From Macrostomum lignano (Eukaryota), in the NCBI GenBank assembly GCA_002269645.1, contig NIVC01000070.1, positions 1 to 64,000 on the forward strand: a DNA stretch of 64,000 nt, given 5' to 3'. Position numbers and translations under genes: made by a program. Of the stretch, positions 1-15,276 are shown piece by piece (within the stretch, counting starts at the first letter, position 1; the number at the start of each line of letters is the position of its first letter). The notes below the pieces were generated by a model. It had not been told where the DNA came from. It saw nothing but the letters and a program-made list of their open reading frames with translations, and searched no databases.

Positions 1-1399
1 AATATCATACAGAATAACAAAGTTGATATACTTGTATTCGTATATGTACGCTCGTAATTGAGATTTTAACTATCTACATGTGCAAATTATTTACCACGGT
101 GATATGCAATGGATTACTGGTACCTGAACCCCAAAGAGTTGCATATTCACGGTAGGTATATTCAGCACCTATGCCCAAGTTTTGGTACCAAAAAAGTTCA
201 TCTAGATATTTTTTCAAGCTTTTAATCATCACTTCACAGTGCATACGCAGGGTAGCCCCTACTAAACTCTCTATAGTAAAGATACCAAAATGTCAAGCCA
301 TTGTGCCTGAACATACTACCATGCACTTCTCGTTCAGTGTCGCCCTTACCCAGCCTTTAGATTTTCAACAGACTAGAGAATTTAACAACTCAGGTGCAGC
401 AAAGTGGTTCCACTGTCAAAATGCAGCACTCGGTCATGCATATGTAGCCGGTAGAAAAATTAAAACAAAAAATAGAAAAAATATAGATTCAATTCAACGC
501 ATATAAAATGCAATCTTCGCAGCGTACCTGGCCGGTTTTGATCTGCCTAAGCGACTGCTGCATCTAATTAATTATTAATGATGGAGTTTCTCGGCCTAAC
601 TTACCGATTAAAGTGCAATAAGATTGAAAAGTTATTTTAAAATAAGAGTATGAATAATTAATTTACCACGTCCATAAAATTTGTGCTGCGATTGGCTCGA
701 AGCTTGAACTCCTGGGAATTGAGAGGAGATATTTAGTAGGGCTCGCAGGCCCGATTTTTGGAAGCTGCAGCTCGTCACAATGACGCCCGCATTGGGCAAA
801 ATCATGAAAGATGGATGAACAAGTTCGAATATTTTTAAAGCAAGACGAAATCTCTATAGCAGAGAAATATGATTCCCCGATGGTAAATTAAGTTCCGCTT
901 AGCCTTTATTGCTCACAACTCGGAGCCGGACAGAAGGGTGTTCGCTTTCGCCGTCTTAGAATTGGTTCAGCTGAACAAAAATTTGCACGCACTCGATCAC
1001 TTTCCGCCGGCATCATATTGGCTTTTTAGAAGAATGGAAGAGAAATTATTCGGCTAATCTCTTGAAGCTCTGCAGCTCGCCTTGTGCACTATTTCATCAT
1101 GGATTTGGCGGCTAGCATGGTTGAGAAATGAGCTCTGCTCACTGTTTCAGTGAGCGGTTGAGAAAGTCAGGGGCCTCTGTGCACCCTGCGTGAGTGCTTT
1201 GAATATGAGTATCCTTGCTAGCTCCGGATGGACCGTCTCACTTTCGTCCAACTCACCAAGTCCTGATAACAGGGGAAGTAGTTCTGCTCAATCAGGGGAA
1301 AGTTGTCGTCTCCAACGCGGCTTTGAATCTGGGCCAGGTGGGCGAACTGCAACAAAAAAGGTGGGAAAATTACTAAAAAATCCAATAGTTAAAATTGTC

Positions 1400-1670
1400 A
1401 ATTGCGGAGATTGGTGTGGGCCTTTTCGTTCTATTCACACCCCTGTGGGCCAGCCCTCAAGGCACAGAAAGTGCACATGCTTGGCGATGAGAAGGAGATT
1501 GGTGTGGGTCTTGTCGTTCTTTTCACACCCCTGTGGGCCAGCCTCAAGGCACAGAAACTGCACATGCATGGCGATGAGAAGGAGATTGGTGTGGGTCTTG
1601 TCGTTCTATTCACACCCCTGTGGGCCAGCCCTCAAGGCACAGAAAGTGCACATGCCTAGCGATGAGAAAA
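1400..1670. repeat. ~87-bp tandem repeat, about 3 copies
   Basis: GGAGATTGGTGTGGG recurs at about 1406, 1494 and 1581; explains ORFs 1190..1696 and 1402..1659. Confidence 0.9.
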
Positions 1671-1780
1671 TCAGAACCGCAGTATGCCCAGTGTGAGCAC
1701 TTTCCCAGCATAAAACTACAGATTAAAATTCTTGAATTCAGAACACACTACTATTGAGTAGTAAAAAGCAGGCAACTTAC

Positions 1781-4637
<2,857 letters not shown>

Positions 4638-4769
4638 TTTCACTAAGTGAGCGCATTTGTTCAGCTTTCAGGTCAGGTCAGGTCAAAATACGGCAGTCTA
4701 ACAGTAAGGTAGCTTAGTGTAATGCAATGGATATAGTTATTAACAGTGAAGAAACTTGTAGAAACATGT

Positions 4770-4900
4770 CAGGTATGTAGAATCGTGTCATGTATGTAGA
4801 ATCGTGTCATGTATGTAGAATCATGTTATGCATGTAAAATCATGTCATGTATGTAGAATCATGTCATGTATGTAGAATCGTGTCATGTATGTAGAATCAC
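4770..4900. repeat. 20-bp minisatellite (ATGTAGAATCGTGTCATGT-like)
   Basis: About 6 visible units. Confidence 0.85.
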
Positions 4901-7215
4901 TGGTAGTAAAGGGAACTGGCACTAATTAGGGTGCCTCATTGTACCAATATTTAATTTCATAGTTTTTATTAATAAATTAGAAAATTCTAATCCTTCCTGG
5001 ACTTCGGCAGTTCTTTCTCAGCTTAGCATGTAGTTCGTATTTGGTTCGGGATAAATAGTGTTACAAGTCTTTGATTTGGGAGTTGGGTAAATGTTTACAA
5101 AGATAGTTTCACTTGACTTCGGTTAAGTAGAAACTATAACTAGTATTATTTTTTAATTATTATTCTCTTCAAAAAACTGAGTCGCTAATAGGTATTTTTT
5201 TGTGCAGTGTTTTGTACAAAATAAGTTTGCACTATAGGAAGCATTGCAACTAGTACCTCTGGTTGTTTTGGCTTTCTTTGAAATAAAAAATGACACTCCA
5301 ATCACTCCACGAGTATAAAACTAAATTTGTAAGCATATGTAGGATTTCACGCTGAGACATGTTGTTGGTTGGGAGCTTGTTGGTCCTTGATGTACTCGTA
5401 GCAAGATAAAACATAGTGCCTGCAATTTTGCCCGAGATGAACTATAAGAAAACCAATGGCTACTTTTATGTAGCCCCGAATTTCACGAATAAACTTACAA
5501 GTGGATGGATTTGGAATCTGAGCCATTGCAGTTCCTATCTATCTTGGATACAAAACGATAAAACTTGCTGTAGCAGACTTCTTGTACAGAGCTGAGTATG
5601 AGTTCTCTATCAATGTGAACTGTTGCAAAAAACTGCTATAATGCCTGCTGCGGCGGAGGCTGCGGGATCCCATTTAGCCCCAGCTACATCATCGGTCCGT
5701 CCGCAGCCTCCCATGCCGCTTCCCAGAAGATCGCGCTTGAGTGGTAGGGATGGGAGTTGCGCGTTACTCAGCGTCGACCACTATTGGTTCTCCCTTTGGT
5801 CTGGACTGTCCTCTCCCTATTTTTCAATCGCCCCTATAGTCCGCAGCATGTGGAAGCCGGCCTATATTTCCCTTAGCTTGAATTAAACCAGAAGGGTGCC
5901 ACGCGTTTGTGTAGCAGTGTGGCGGTGGCCGGTCAGAGACGGTGGCTGCAGATTGCAAATTCAACTGATGACTCAGAGATGAAAATGAACGGGAATAATT
6001 GGCTCCTAATACAGAGTTCTTCTGTATTAGAGTCAGAGCTTTTCTGACAATTAGAAGTATGAAAGAAAGTTTAACTCACCTTTCTGTTAATTCTGACTCT
6101 GAAATTCAATTTTCGTAATGGTATAAAGTCGATCCGAGGCAGGCAGAGACCTTTCCGGGAGCTGAATTTCGAATCAGTCGAATAGCTCCGGTCCTTGCGC
6201 TGGTTTTCCCCAAACAGAAAGTCTCTTTTTAGACTTCCTGAGCCCCTCATTGCGCCGTCTTCTGCTCAATTTTATTGGTTCTTCAGGAAGAGGCGGACGA
6301 GGAGGGATGAGGGCAGCAGTCAACCCCGCAAATTTTGGGCGTGAAGATAGAGGCACAGCAGAACAGGGAAGAGAATGAAGGGATAGAAAGGGTCCGGAGC
6401 ACAGGCTCCGTTCAATCTGCATCCCCCAGCCACCCGGGCTGCAGTCTCAAAAGGCCCGATATACCAGCTGTACTCTGCTGTGCAAGCCAGGCGATACGGC
6501 GATGTCCAGAGACTGAAATTTATCCAGCCAGCCAGGCAGACTTCGCCTTCTCTTCCCCAGCATCGCCTCCGCTGCCCTCCGTAGGTTGCGGATAAATTGA
6601 GAATTCCCGTTTTGTAACCAGAAAAAACTGGATAAACTGCGACAGTTTAGAAAAATATGCTTTGATAGAATAACAAAACTGGTTCGTTCACAACTGTTGC
6701 TCTTTTTAACAAAATGTTGCTTTGCATAGCACTCGAGTAGTATAATAGTTGAACGTGCGTTTTTTGTATTTTTAAGCGCAGTGTGGGCGGGGAGCGGCAT
6801 GAGGGGGTGTAGCGCTGAGATAACATGATGCGTGGTGGCACAGTATGAATGTTAACATTTCTGCACCAATCTCTGTGAAATATAATAAATATTGTACATG
6901 TAATTATTTATATACCGCAGATTGCATTTGACAATTTTACCAATGGGCAATGGGCAAGAAAGCAACTTAGCTGGAGATCGGAACCTGATGCAAGAGAAAG
7001 TTGTCACGGTAATATTATCTTTACCAAAATATGAAAAAAGAAAAAAAAACAGATTTCAAATTTCCAGCATACATCAATCATATTGTCCACTTACGAGTAA
7101 AGAGCATAATAAAATACTAACGTATCCTATGATGTTTTCACGATGCGGTTCCTTAACCAAAAAGCAATATGACCACTGCTACATGAATTCTACAAGTGTT
7201 TTTGATAACCCGCAG

Positions 7216-7368
7216 GCAGTGCAGGCAGTGCAGGAGGTGCTGCCGCTAACATCCTACCGGCGAGGACAGGCACGCATTCGGTGCTTTAACGACTGCCTGC
7301 TGGCTGACACCCGCTATCCGGACTCGTTCAAAAGCGCATTCTTTGACGCTGCTCATGAGCCCTACTGA
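7216..7368 (+). CDS. Possible terminal exon of an unidentified plus-strand gene
   Basis: Acceptor tttttgataacccgcag|, phase-0 open frame AVQAVQEVLPLTSYRRGQARIRCFNDCLLADTRYPDSFKSAFFDAAHEPY*, GC-rich. Possible upstream phase-0 donor at 6581 (GTAGGT). No homology recognised. Confidence 0.3.
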   Translation, partial: AVQAVQEVLPLTSYRRGQARIRCFNDCLLADTRYPDSFKSAFFDAAHEPY

Positions 7369-7911
7369 CAGCGTATCCTGCTGATTCTGTTGCTGTTTCA
7401 GCTCCCCTAAAGTAAGTTTCATATTGAAATCTCTCTCTACCTTTGAGTTGAGCAGCTGAAATGTTATACTTCGCAAAATAGTTCTGATTCTTGAATCAGA
7501 AATGACTGTATGAAAAGCCCCATAGTCAGCAAAAATAAAATAGGTTAGGATTTGTAATCATACCAATAATATACGATATTCAGTATTTCTGACAATTCGG
7601 CCTTTAAAAAAACATTTTGATTTCTTACGCATCGAATGAAAGCACACGGGCTGGTCAACATCAGCACGTGATGTTTAACCAAAATTGTTAAAGCTTAAAT
7701 TAGTTTAAGCTCCCACATGATTTTCTGACACCTGACGCTAGACAGCTCCCATTAGCAGGTCTTGAAAAAGACACATCGAAGCTTTAAAAAGAGCTGCTAA
7801 ATCAAACGATTGCTTTTTAGCAGACCTTACAACACATTGTAAACATTGATTAACGACATGCTGTGCTCAGTACGACGCATGCAAGAGTCATTTATTCTTT
7901 GATTTTCTTCT

Positions 7912-9752
7912 TCAGACCAAGTCGTCCGTTATTTCTTGCAAGTTGTCGTATTGACTTTGACAGCGGACCAGGTTGCTTCCGTTTACTGCGACATTGGGCT
8001 GGCTGTCTCCATTCTCCCGTGTGTTTACCTGAAGCTGCTCATGCGCTGGATCCTGGTCATGTTGATGTTGATGCTGCGACGTTTGAATAGCATTGGATAG
8101 TTCCAGCATGTTCGCGTGATATGTGGTGGCTGCCGGGACGTGCAGACTGACGTTTTCTTGTATCTAAAAATTCCAGTTAATTAATCAAATAAAATTATTG
8201 TGCTCCCTCTTACAGGAGATCTGCGTATGACTTTGACTGCCTTCTCTCTCTCGAAAGACTGTCTGGGTGCCGCTTTTCGCTCTATTTTCGTCCCGTAGAC
8301 AGTAAATTTTTGTTTAACAAAAGATGAGCGTATGCTTTCGATAAAAAATAACCATTATTCGGTGTTAAAGCAACTTGGGATTTGAAAATTTGATGTCTTT
8401 AATCCCCAAGTGGCCTCTTTACGAGCGTCCAGTATGTGCAGACGAATACTTGCATTGACCCTGTAACCATTTAGCAATCCAGTCAATTCCTAAGAGAGTC
8501 AGATGCACTTCTAGTTTAAGAGCTTTCAGGGTGTTTTCTGTTAAACAATATAACATGACTGAAAGTTGACGCGCAGCCCTATTCAAGTCAAGTTGAATCA
8601 GGCTAGGATTATTGATGGGCCAGAAGCAATGTCAGCGTTTGTTTTAATAAACTGCTAGTCAATATGAATAAAATTTGGCAAATGATTCATTATAAAATCA
8701 GACGTCCCAACCTTGTGATGCTCTCCCTCGTTATAGATGACGCAGAAGGCGTGCAGGAAGACAATTGCGCAGATCAGGATTAGGGACAATCCGCCACCTG
8801 CAGTGCCGACGCCAATCGACATGGTGACGCTGAAATCAACAGCTCAAACTTGTCATTTTTTATGTTAGAAAGCGGCACTAAATGTGAGAATATCGGACTC
8901 ACCTGGTAATACTTTCCTCATCAGTTCTGCAATTAAAACTCTCCCCTGGGGTGCTACATCTAAAATGATTTCAACTCTTTTCGTAGATTACTGTATGGGA
9001 TTTTGAATCGAAAAGTAATTTTTATCAATCGCTATTGTCAAATCGAACACCAAAAGCATCAAATCATACGACTGATGTACGTACAACGTGAGTGGTGTCC
9101 AAGGCGTGTGTGTACCAAAAACTATTATATAGCCTCATTTCATGGCCGTGTGAGTGAGTCTCGACATCTCCAGCACTGAGAGTAGTATATGCAAGAAAAT
9201 ATGACTATAGTTTATGCATGGCACTTACAAGGACACCAGGTACTTGTTAATCTGCAGCATGATAATCCCAACGAGAGTCAATAGGATGCCAGTAAGAGCC
9301 AGAGCGCCGCACAGGAGCTGCGGCAGGAGCCACAGTTTCGAGTGCAGCTGATAGGTGTCTCCCAGACGAAAGCCATGCAGGTAAGGCACCTTTTCGCAGC
9401 GGGACATTGGCGGTGGTGCGAGCGGTTGAAACTGCAGGCCGGTGGCTGCAACCGCTGCGGAAGCCAGACGATCTGCCAGCGTTACTCTCGGAGGCTCCTG
9501 ACGTGGCCGTTCGGGCAGATGCACCGTGTGCATCTCAGGATTGTGCGGTACAACCTTTGGCTGAGTCAGCATTTCTAGGAGGCTGCGCTGCTGAGGCTGC
9601 TGGTTGTGAGGCTGGTGATGCTGCCGCTGCAGTTGCGGCAGGTTCGGCGGCTTTTGTGGCGGCGGCAGAGACGGCAGCTCAGCGAGGCTCCTGCGAGCTA
9701 CCGTGGCCGGTAGAGGCCGAAGCAGCACATTGGCGGAGCTACTCTGGACCAT
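7912..9752 (-). CDS. Orphan two-transmembrane protein (~316 aa)
   Basis: complement join(9229..9752, 8903..8959, 8712..8829, 7912..8163); donors GTAAGT/GTGAGT/GTTGGG, phases 2-2-0 consistent. TM1 LWLLPQLLCGALALTGILLTLVGIIML, short loop with two Cys (CSTPGESFNC), TM2 VTMSIGVGTAGGGLSLILICAIVFL; P/Q-rich N-terminus. Confidence 0.7.
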
Positions 9753-10200
9753 CTTTAAATAGGGTTTTCAGCAGGAATTTCATATCCTGTACAGTCGATT
9801 CAATGCGTCTACCGATTTCCTCCCTAAATAAAATTTTAGACCGTTTTATTCCCACCATCCGAATGATCTTGTTAGTGCGCAGGGAAGCGGTGATAAAAGG
9901 AAGTTTATGGCCGTAAATAAGGATGTAATGTATTGCGTGATCCGGTGGAAGGGAGAGGCGAGAGCTAGGAATTATGTAAAGTTCGAATAATTGGAACTTG
10001 ACATCGCATTTACTAGAAACAAGCGAAAAATTAAAGCAGAATCACTTTTGAACTACAAATGAGTCTACTGAGTCTTAAAGCGTTATTTGAGGCTGATTCA
10101 TAATGCTCATATGAAAGCTTTTTTAGAAATGCTAACTGTCTCTATAGTGCATTTTAAGATGTATTTTAAGCGTCCCTCTACTTTAGCTATCTGCGAGTTC

Positions 10201-10596
10201 CTACCAGCTCGAAGACCGGATAAACAATAAAACAGTACTGACCAGCAGCGGCCAGCAAGTCCTGCACTCCACCGCCGTCACTCGCATCTCATTGCTGTCG
10301 GCAACGAGCAATCCGCTGTCCTCCAGCTCTTCGAACTCCACGTCCGCTACCTCCAGCGCAGGAGCCGAATGCAGAAACTCGGCCGCGCCCTCCTCCAACA
10401 CAGTGGCCTCCTCAAGCATCGTCGCGGTGTTCAGCGGAAGCAGCGAGTCCAAATTGACTTCAACCAGATTGGCATCCGCTGCGGTCTCCTCCCAGCTGAT
10501 GTCGGACGCGTCGGAGAAAGTCGATCCGGTGTCCTCGTCATCCTCGCTGTCTTGGACAATAATAGCTCGAAACTCGCGTCGCTTCTGGGGCTCCAT
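10201..10596 (-). CDS. Orphan acidic protein with hydrophobic C-terminus (possibly tail-anchored)
   Basis: ATG-initiated 131-aa ORF, GC-rich, very E/D-rich, ends CWPLLVSTVLLFIRSSSW. No family recognised. Confidence 0.4.
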   Translation of the reverse strand: MEPQKRREFRAIIVQDSEDDEDTGSTFSDASDISWEETAADANLVEVNLDSLLPLNTATMLEEATVLEEGAAEFLHSAPALEVADVEFEELEDSGLLVADSNEMRVTAVECRTCWPLLVSTVLLFIRSSSW

Positions 10597-11937
10597 CGTT
10601 CAGGCGAGTCCAGCTGCTAAGCTTTCACCTGTGCTTCGCTCCTGTAGGACAGACTGCGGTGTCTGCATTGATGCGCAGCGGGGGTGGGAGCCGAAGCCGT
10701 GGCGACTTGACTTGCGGAAAGCGAAGTGCGCCAGTCGCTTTAATTTCTAGCCATTTTGCCTCCCAACCCCTCGCCGGACAGGATCTGTTTTTTTCGCTTA
10801 GCTCCGGCCGCTGTTCTTAACCAAATGTCCTTTTGTCAGTGCTGCAGCATGCAAATCTTTGTAGCATGTATAGCCGGAGTGGCCAAGACTGACTGAGAGA
10901 CAGAAGCGAAACCGTAGGGGCAGAGAGACATTGCACCGTTGGAAGGAAGACGAGAGAGAGGCTAGTGATGAAGGAAGCTGCGTGGGGGCTGTCGGGCCCG
11001 TCACCCGGGCATTGGCGCAAATGTTTTTTGCATTCTTGTCCAACTTACAGAAGCAAATGTAGAAATATGGAAAGCTGTAAGAGAAAAGTGGGAGTCCTGC
11101 TGGGATGCAGCCTGGGGCTTTGTCGGAATGAGGATTTTGGCAATTGTCAGTCAGAATTTGGTCAGCCGTTTTGTACTGCATTGCGCCAGCCAATTCTAGC
11201 GGCGCCTGTACAAAAAGTTGGGAAATTTCCAAGCTTAAAATTGCTGGTTAGGGCGCCGTTTCTCTTTCCATTGAAGCTTCCTATATCGCGTAAAGTAAAA
11301 AAATTGTACTGAAAAACAGGTTGAACAACCGCAACGGTGGAATTCGACATCATCCAGACGTTTGGTAAGCTTGTCAAAGCGGATCTGCGACTATCTCGAT
11401 TAACTAATTCATACACGTATCGCTTGCATTGACCTTCTTCAATTGTGATTTGCGTTTTTTAGATTTTTTTAAGTAATCGTCTATACTGGTACTGCAATAA
11501 AGTATTATAAAATAGGACAGAACAAGTCTAAACTTCATTTACCGTACAGTCAGATGAAGGCCGCACATTCATGCCTGCAGCAGCCAATTCATTCAGTGCA
11601 TGGCATATAGGCAGACAGTAAGAATGCTGGGGCAAAGAGCGGGCTGCCACCACCCCCTCCTCAAGCTCATGCAGCTCAGCCACCATGCGCACAACTCCAG
11701 TCATTCAGCCCAATCTCTACCCCGTTTCTCTTGGTAACGAGAATGAGTTGCTGGCAGTGCACTGGAGGCATACAGACAGGCAGAGAAGAAAATGAATTCG
11801 CGCTAATAACATTAGCTAGTGGGGTCCAGAGTGAATGCAGTTTTACTCTTGCAGAAATCCAACAAGTCATATTAATTTTCCAGCTCGCGCGGTAAGGTAA
11901 TCAGACTTTGCGTTGCCATCAATCAGAGAGGCCAATC

Positions 11938-13402
11938 ATGCAGTCTTTAACCCCGGCCCAAGTGTCCGAGTATCAGGAAGCGTTCAAGCTGTTCGACAAG
12001 AACAACGACGGCAAGATCACCCCGGCCGAGCTTGGGGTTGCCATGCGCAATCTGGGACAGAATCCCACTGAGGCCGACATACAGGTGAGGGATGTGCTTT
12101 CGGTTGAACCTTATCTGCTCTAAAAATCTTACAATAACCACTCTGTACCCGTTTTACCTGCGTGTGTTTAAATTTTCAGTGTAGTTTTAGTGTAATATTT
12201 TAGTATAGTTATAACTAAGCCCACCGAATACTCTGCTCGTGTACATTATTGCTCAATTCATTTCAAGTGACACTGCCGTATGAGAATATTTATGAGTCAT
12301 ACAGCGTACTTGAAGACATTCTGTACATTTCTGTCTTGCGCCTTTGTGAGACATCGCCGCCGATAGATATTTAACGAAGAGGCGAAGATACGCTCGTAAT
12401 TACGAGGTAAGCACGCGAATAGACGGCTAAAGGCCGCGACCCGACAGAATCTTCTTCCCTGGTTGGGCGCCTGCTGCGCCAGCATCCCTTCTATCGCTTC
12501 ATCAGATATCGCTTCGCTTCTTAAATGACGTATTGACTTACGGCCTAACAGCCAGAAGGAGATTGCGACAATTCAACAGTTTTGTCGACGCATCCGTTGC
12601 CAATTTCAAGGTCTTGTGTTCACGTCAAACAAATATTGCAGGTTAATAGTTGGGAGCCTGTGTAGTTTATAGCCTAACAAATGCACACTGTACTTGTACG
12701 AGGATTATGAAGTTGCTTTTGCTAGTTCGGCAACGTGCACAGCGTCAAAATGTGCCACAGGCACTCATTTTAGCGCCAACAGGCACTCATTTTAGCGCCA
12801 CAGGCACTCATTTTAGCGCCGCAGGCACTCATTTTAGCGCCCCAGGCACTCATTTTGGCGCGCTGCAGGCGCTATTTTTTGTCGCTCTGCAGCAAAATGC
12901 ATTCGTGCAAAGCAGCAAAAAATAAGCAAAAAGTCTACATTTTACATTAAAAAAGTGGGTGGCCATGGCCCCACTGTCAGTTCTGGGTCACACGAGTGAG
13001 TGACCACACAGCCCTTCTAAACAGCGGTTAGAAACCCAGAAAATTACCTTTATATATTGTTAAAACACTTTTTCAAACAAACCTCAATTTCAGAAAATGA
13101 TTAGCGACGTCGATCACAAGAAAAAGGGCTACGTTGAATTTGAAGAGTTCGTAGAAATGATGGAGAAGAAGAAACGCGAAACCGACACGGAACAGGAGCT
13201 GAGAAAGGTGTTCAAAATCTTTGACAAGAACAATGACGGCAAAATCAGTTCGGAGGAGCTGCGCTACGTTATGAACAGCCTGGGCGAGAATCTGACGGAA
13301 AGCGACGTTAATGAGATGATCCGACAAGCGGACAAAAATCAGGACGGATTTGTGGACTTTCAGGAGTTCAAACTGCTGATGGACACATTGGGTGGGATTT
13401 GA
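11938..13402 (+). CDS. Calmodulin-like EF-hand protein (151 aa)
   Basis: join(11938..12084, 13094..13402), phase 0. [30 protein letters not shown] (EF1), [13 protein letters not shown] (degenerate EF2), [14 protein letters not shown] (EF3), [14 protein letters not shown] (EF4). Too divergent to be canonical calmodulin. Confidence 0.93.
12760..12860. repeat. ~25-bp tandem repeat (GGCACTCATTTTAGCGCC core) in the calmodulin-like intron
   Basis: 4-5 visible units. Confidence 0.8.
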
Positions 13403-14159
13403 ATCGCTCTCAGAAGAGCATCTGACGGCTACAGATAGGCGATTATAAATTTTGTGCCTGAAGGTGAGAGCTGTTAAAAGTACTTGTATAAAACTGCAGA
13501 AATAAGGCCACGGGAGCTGACATTCCTGTCACCCACAATTTCTCTCCTAGCACCCTGCAGTTCCATGATGGTAGTCAGTACGCTTTCCATGTTTTCCTTG
13601 TTACGGTCCCAGACTCCCTGATCCCATCATGTGATGGGACACATTTCCACACCCTCCCGTGGGATTCTCTGAGTTAAAACCCAGCTACCGCGGAAAGCTC
13701 TGTATTTGTTTACAGTTTTATCTGTCAACTGTCATCTGTGAATCTCGTTTCGCATGGTTAATTTGATTTATATTAACAAAACCATTTTCTGTATCTTCTC
13801 TGTACTATTTAAACTAATGTGAGTAAATTCGTACTTTTCAGCTTTATAAAATCAGTTTATAAAATTTGCGATGCAATCAATTTCATTCGCGGTTGGAAGA
13901 ATCGCCTGTTTACTTGCATGGTTTTTTATTGTTATTAATTGTATTTAAAAAAATATTTTTTCTGCTTCTATCAACATTGTTGTGCCATATAAATAGAAAT
14001 AATCTGATTCATGCAGTCAATACGCTCGTATAACGTCAGTAAGTTGCATGTGGACAAAAGGTAAATTAAAAAATTGTTTTTGATCTCTTTCAATTGTTGT
14101 GCAAGCAATTCGTTCAGTAACGTTATGATTTTTAGTAACATGCATCTGCGATGCGGGGG

Positions 14160-14370
14160 CCTCAGCCTAGTGGTCTAGCAGCCCGGGCTCGATTCCAAGT
14201 GCAGTCACATTGATTTGGAGCACAATTGGAATCTAGGCTTGGCTCTGCTCGTGCAGTTAACGCCTTTGAGGAGTGATAAATAAAGTTAGGGCCGCCTGTG
14301 CGTCTGACGGCGTACGTATCCGCGCGATTGTGTGCCTGCTCAGGGGAGTCGGCGGAATGGGCAGCAATGC
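14160..14370 (+). mobile_element. Dispersed SINE-like repeat, family B
   Basis: tRNA-like head (GCCTAGTGG ... GGGCTCGATTCC); body GATAAATAAAGT.AGGGCCGC ... CGTACGTATCCG.GCGATTG.GTGCCTGCTCA.GGGAGTCGGCG shared with 42456..42760; head and 5' body similar to the reverse copy at ~62590..62700. Confidence 0.6.
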
Positions 14371-14761
14371 AAAGCAAAGTTTGAACAAAATCGGTTGAGC
14401 CATTTTTTCTCTAATCGATCACATAGATAGATAGATAGACACAGACAGACCATTTTTAGTATATTGGAAGTTTTTTTCCCACCACAACACAAGAAGTCGC
14501 CCGACGAAAACTTTCTCGTCAGAGCGTTTTCGATTTTTAGAAAATTGAGAAACAGCGCAGCTGGTACAAAAACAGCAAACAAGCTAAGCTTGTGTCTGGC
14601 ATAAAAGTGTTGCCAGCGGTTTTATTGCGCACTAGGAGTTTTAGTAAATCGCAAGTAACAACTTCTGTCTTAGTTGGCTGGTCGGTTTTATCCTAGATTT
14701 CTAGTATAACTTACTTATAGTAGTACTTACTACAACATTTTTATTTGCAAATTTGTGTTTG

Positions 14762-15060
14762 AAGCCTTGTGGACCGAGCGTCGGACTCACGACTGAAAGG
14801 TTGGGAGTTCGATTCTTGGCCCACTCGAAAAAAATTGTGTCCTTATGCAAGACACTCAACTCTGCATTGTTTCAGTTCATCCAGCTGAAAATGGGTGCCA
14901 GCATTAGCTGGGGTAATTGAGGGTGTGTGTGGCGACCCCCTCAGTCCTTGACCTGAACAGCCATACGCAGCCTTCAGATGCGCCGCGCAATAGCTGCGGC
15001 TGAGCTGTCGGTTGCACATCTGGCCCAATTAGGGCAGGTGTAATGAATTATTATTATTAG
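14762..15060 (+). mobile_element. tRNA-derived SINE with CORE-like central domain and (TTA)n tail
   Basis: B-box-like GGGAGTTCGATTC, then GTGTCCTTATGCAAGACACTCAACTCTGCATTGTTTCAGTTCATCCAGCTGAAAATGGG resembling the MIR/CORE consensus as I recall it; ends ATTATTATTATTAG. Confidence 0.7.
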
Positions 15061-15276
15061 TAGCATTTGAATCACGGTATAGTCTTTTAGTCAAAGTTCT
15101 CTTCATTGCTTTTGTGTAAGTGCAGGAAGCCAAATAAAGAAAATGCGATGCGCAAGTGAAGGCATCGGTTTTACAAGTACATCAGTGTGTGCTCATAGCA
15201 CGGAAAACTCAGCTTTTAAACTTTAAAATATTATTCCTATGATGGTGTACCGCAGTCTGAAAAATTGCCTCCAAGG

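Noticed and set aside
700-1080. Decayed gag or transposase-like peptide fragments (also 17340..17880 and 30857..31054)
   Set aside because: Short, interrupted frames with no motif I can assign.
4668-4690. AGGTCA nuclear-receptor half-site repeats near the synapsin start
   Set aside because: 5-bp periodic CAGGT run; on the sense strand it is better explained as CTGAC branch-point-like sequence of a 5'-UTR intron.
6174-6800. Two same-frame minus ORFs separated by an in-frame TGA at 6447 (possible selenocysteine or readthrough)
   Set aside because: Neither part resembles a known protein or redox motif, no SECIS identified, and other frames look no less coding.
10292-10750. Ser-rich plus-strand ORF
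   Set aside because: Antisense shadow of the acidic ORF 10201..10596; non-ATG start.
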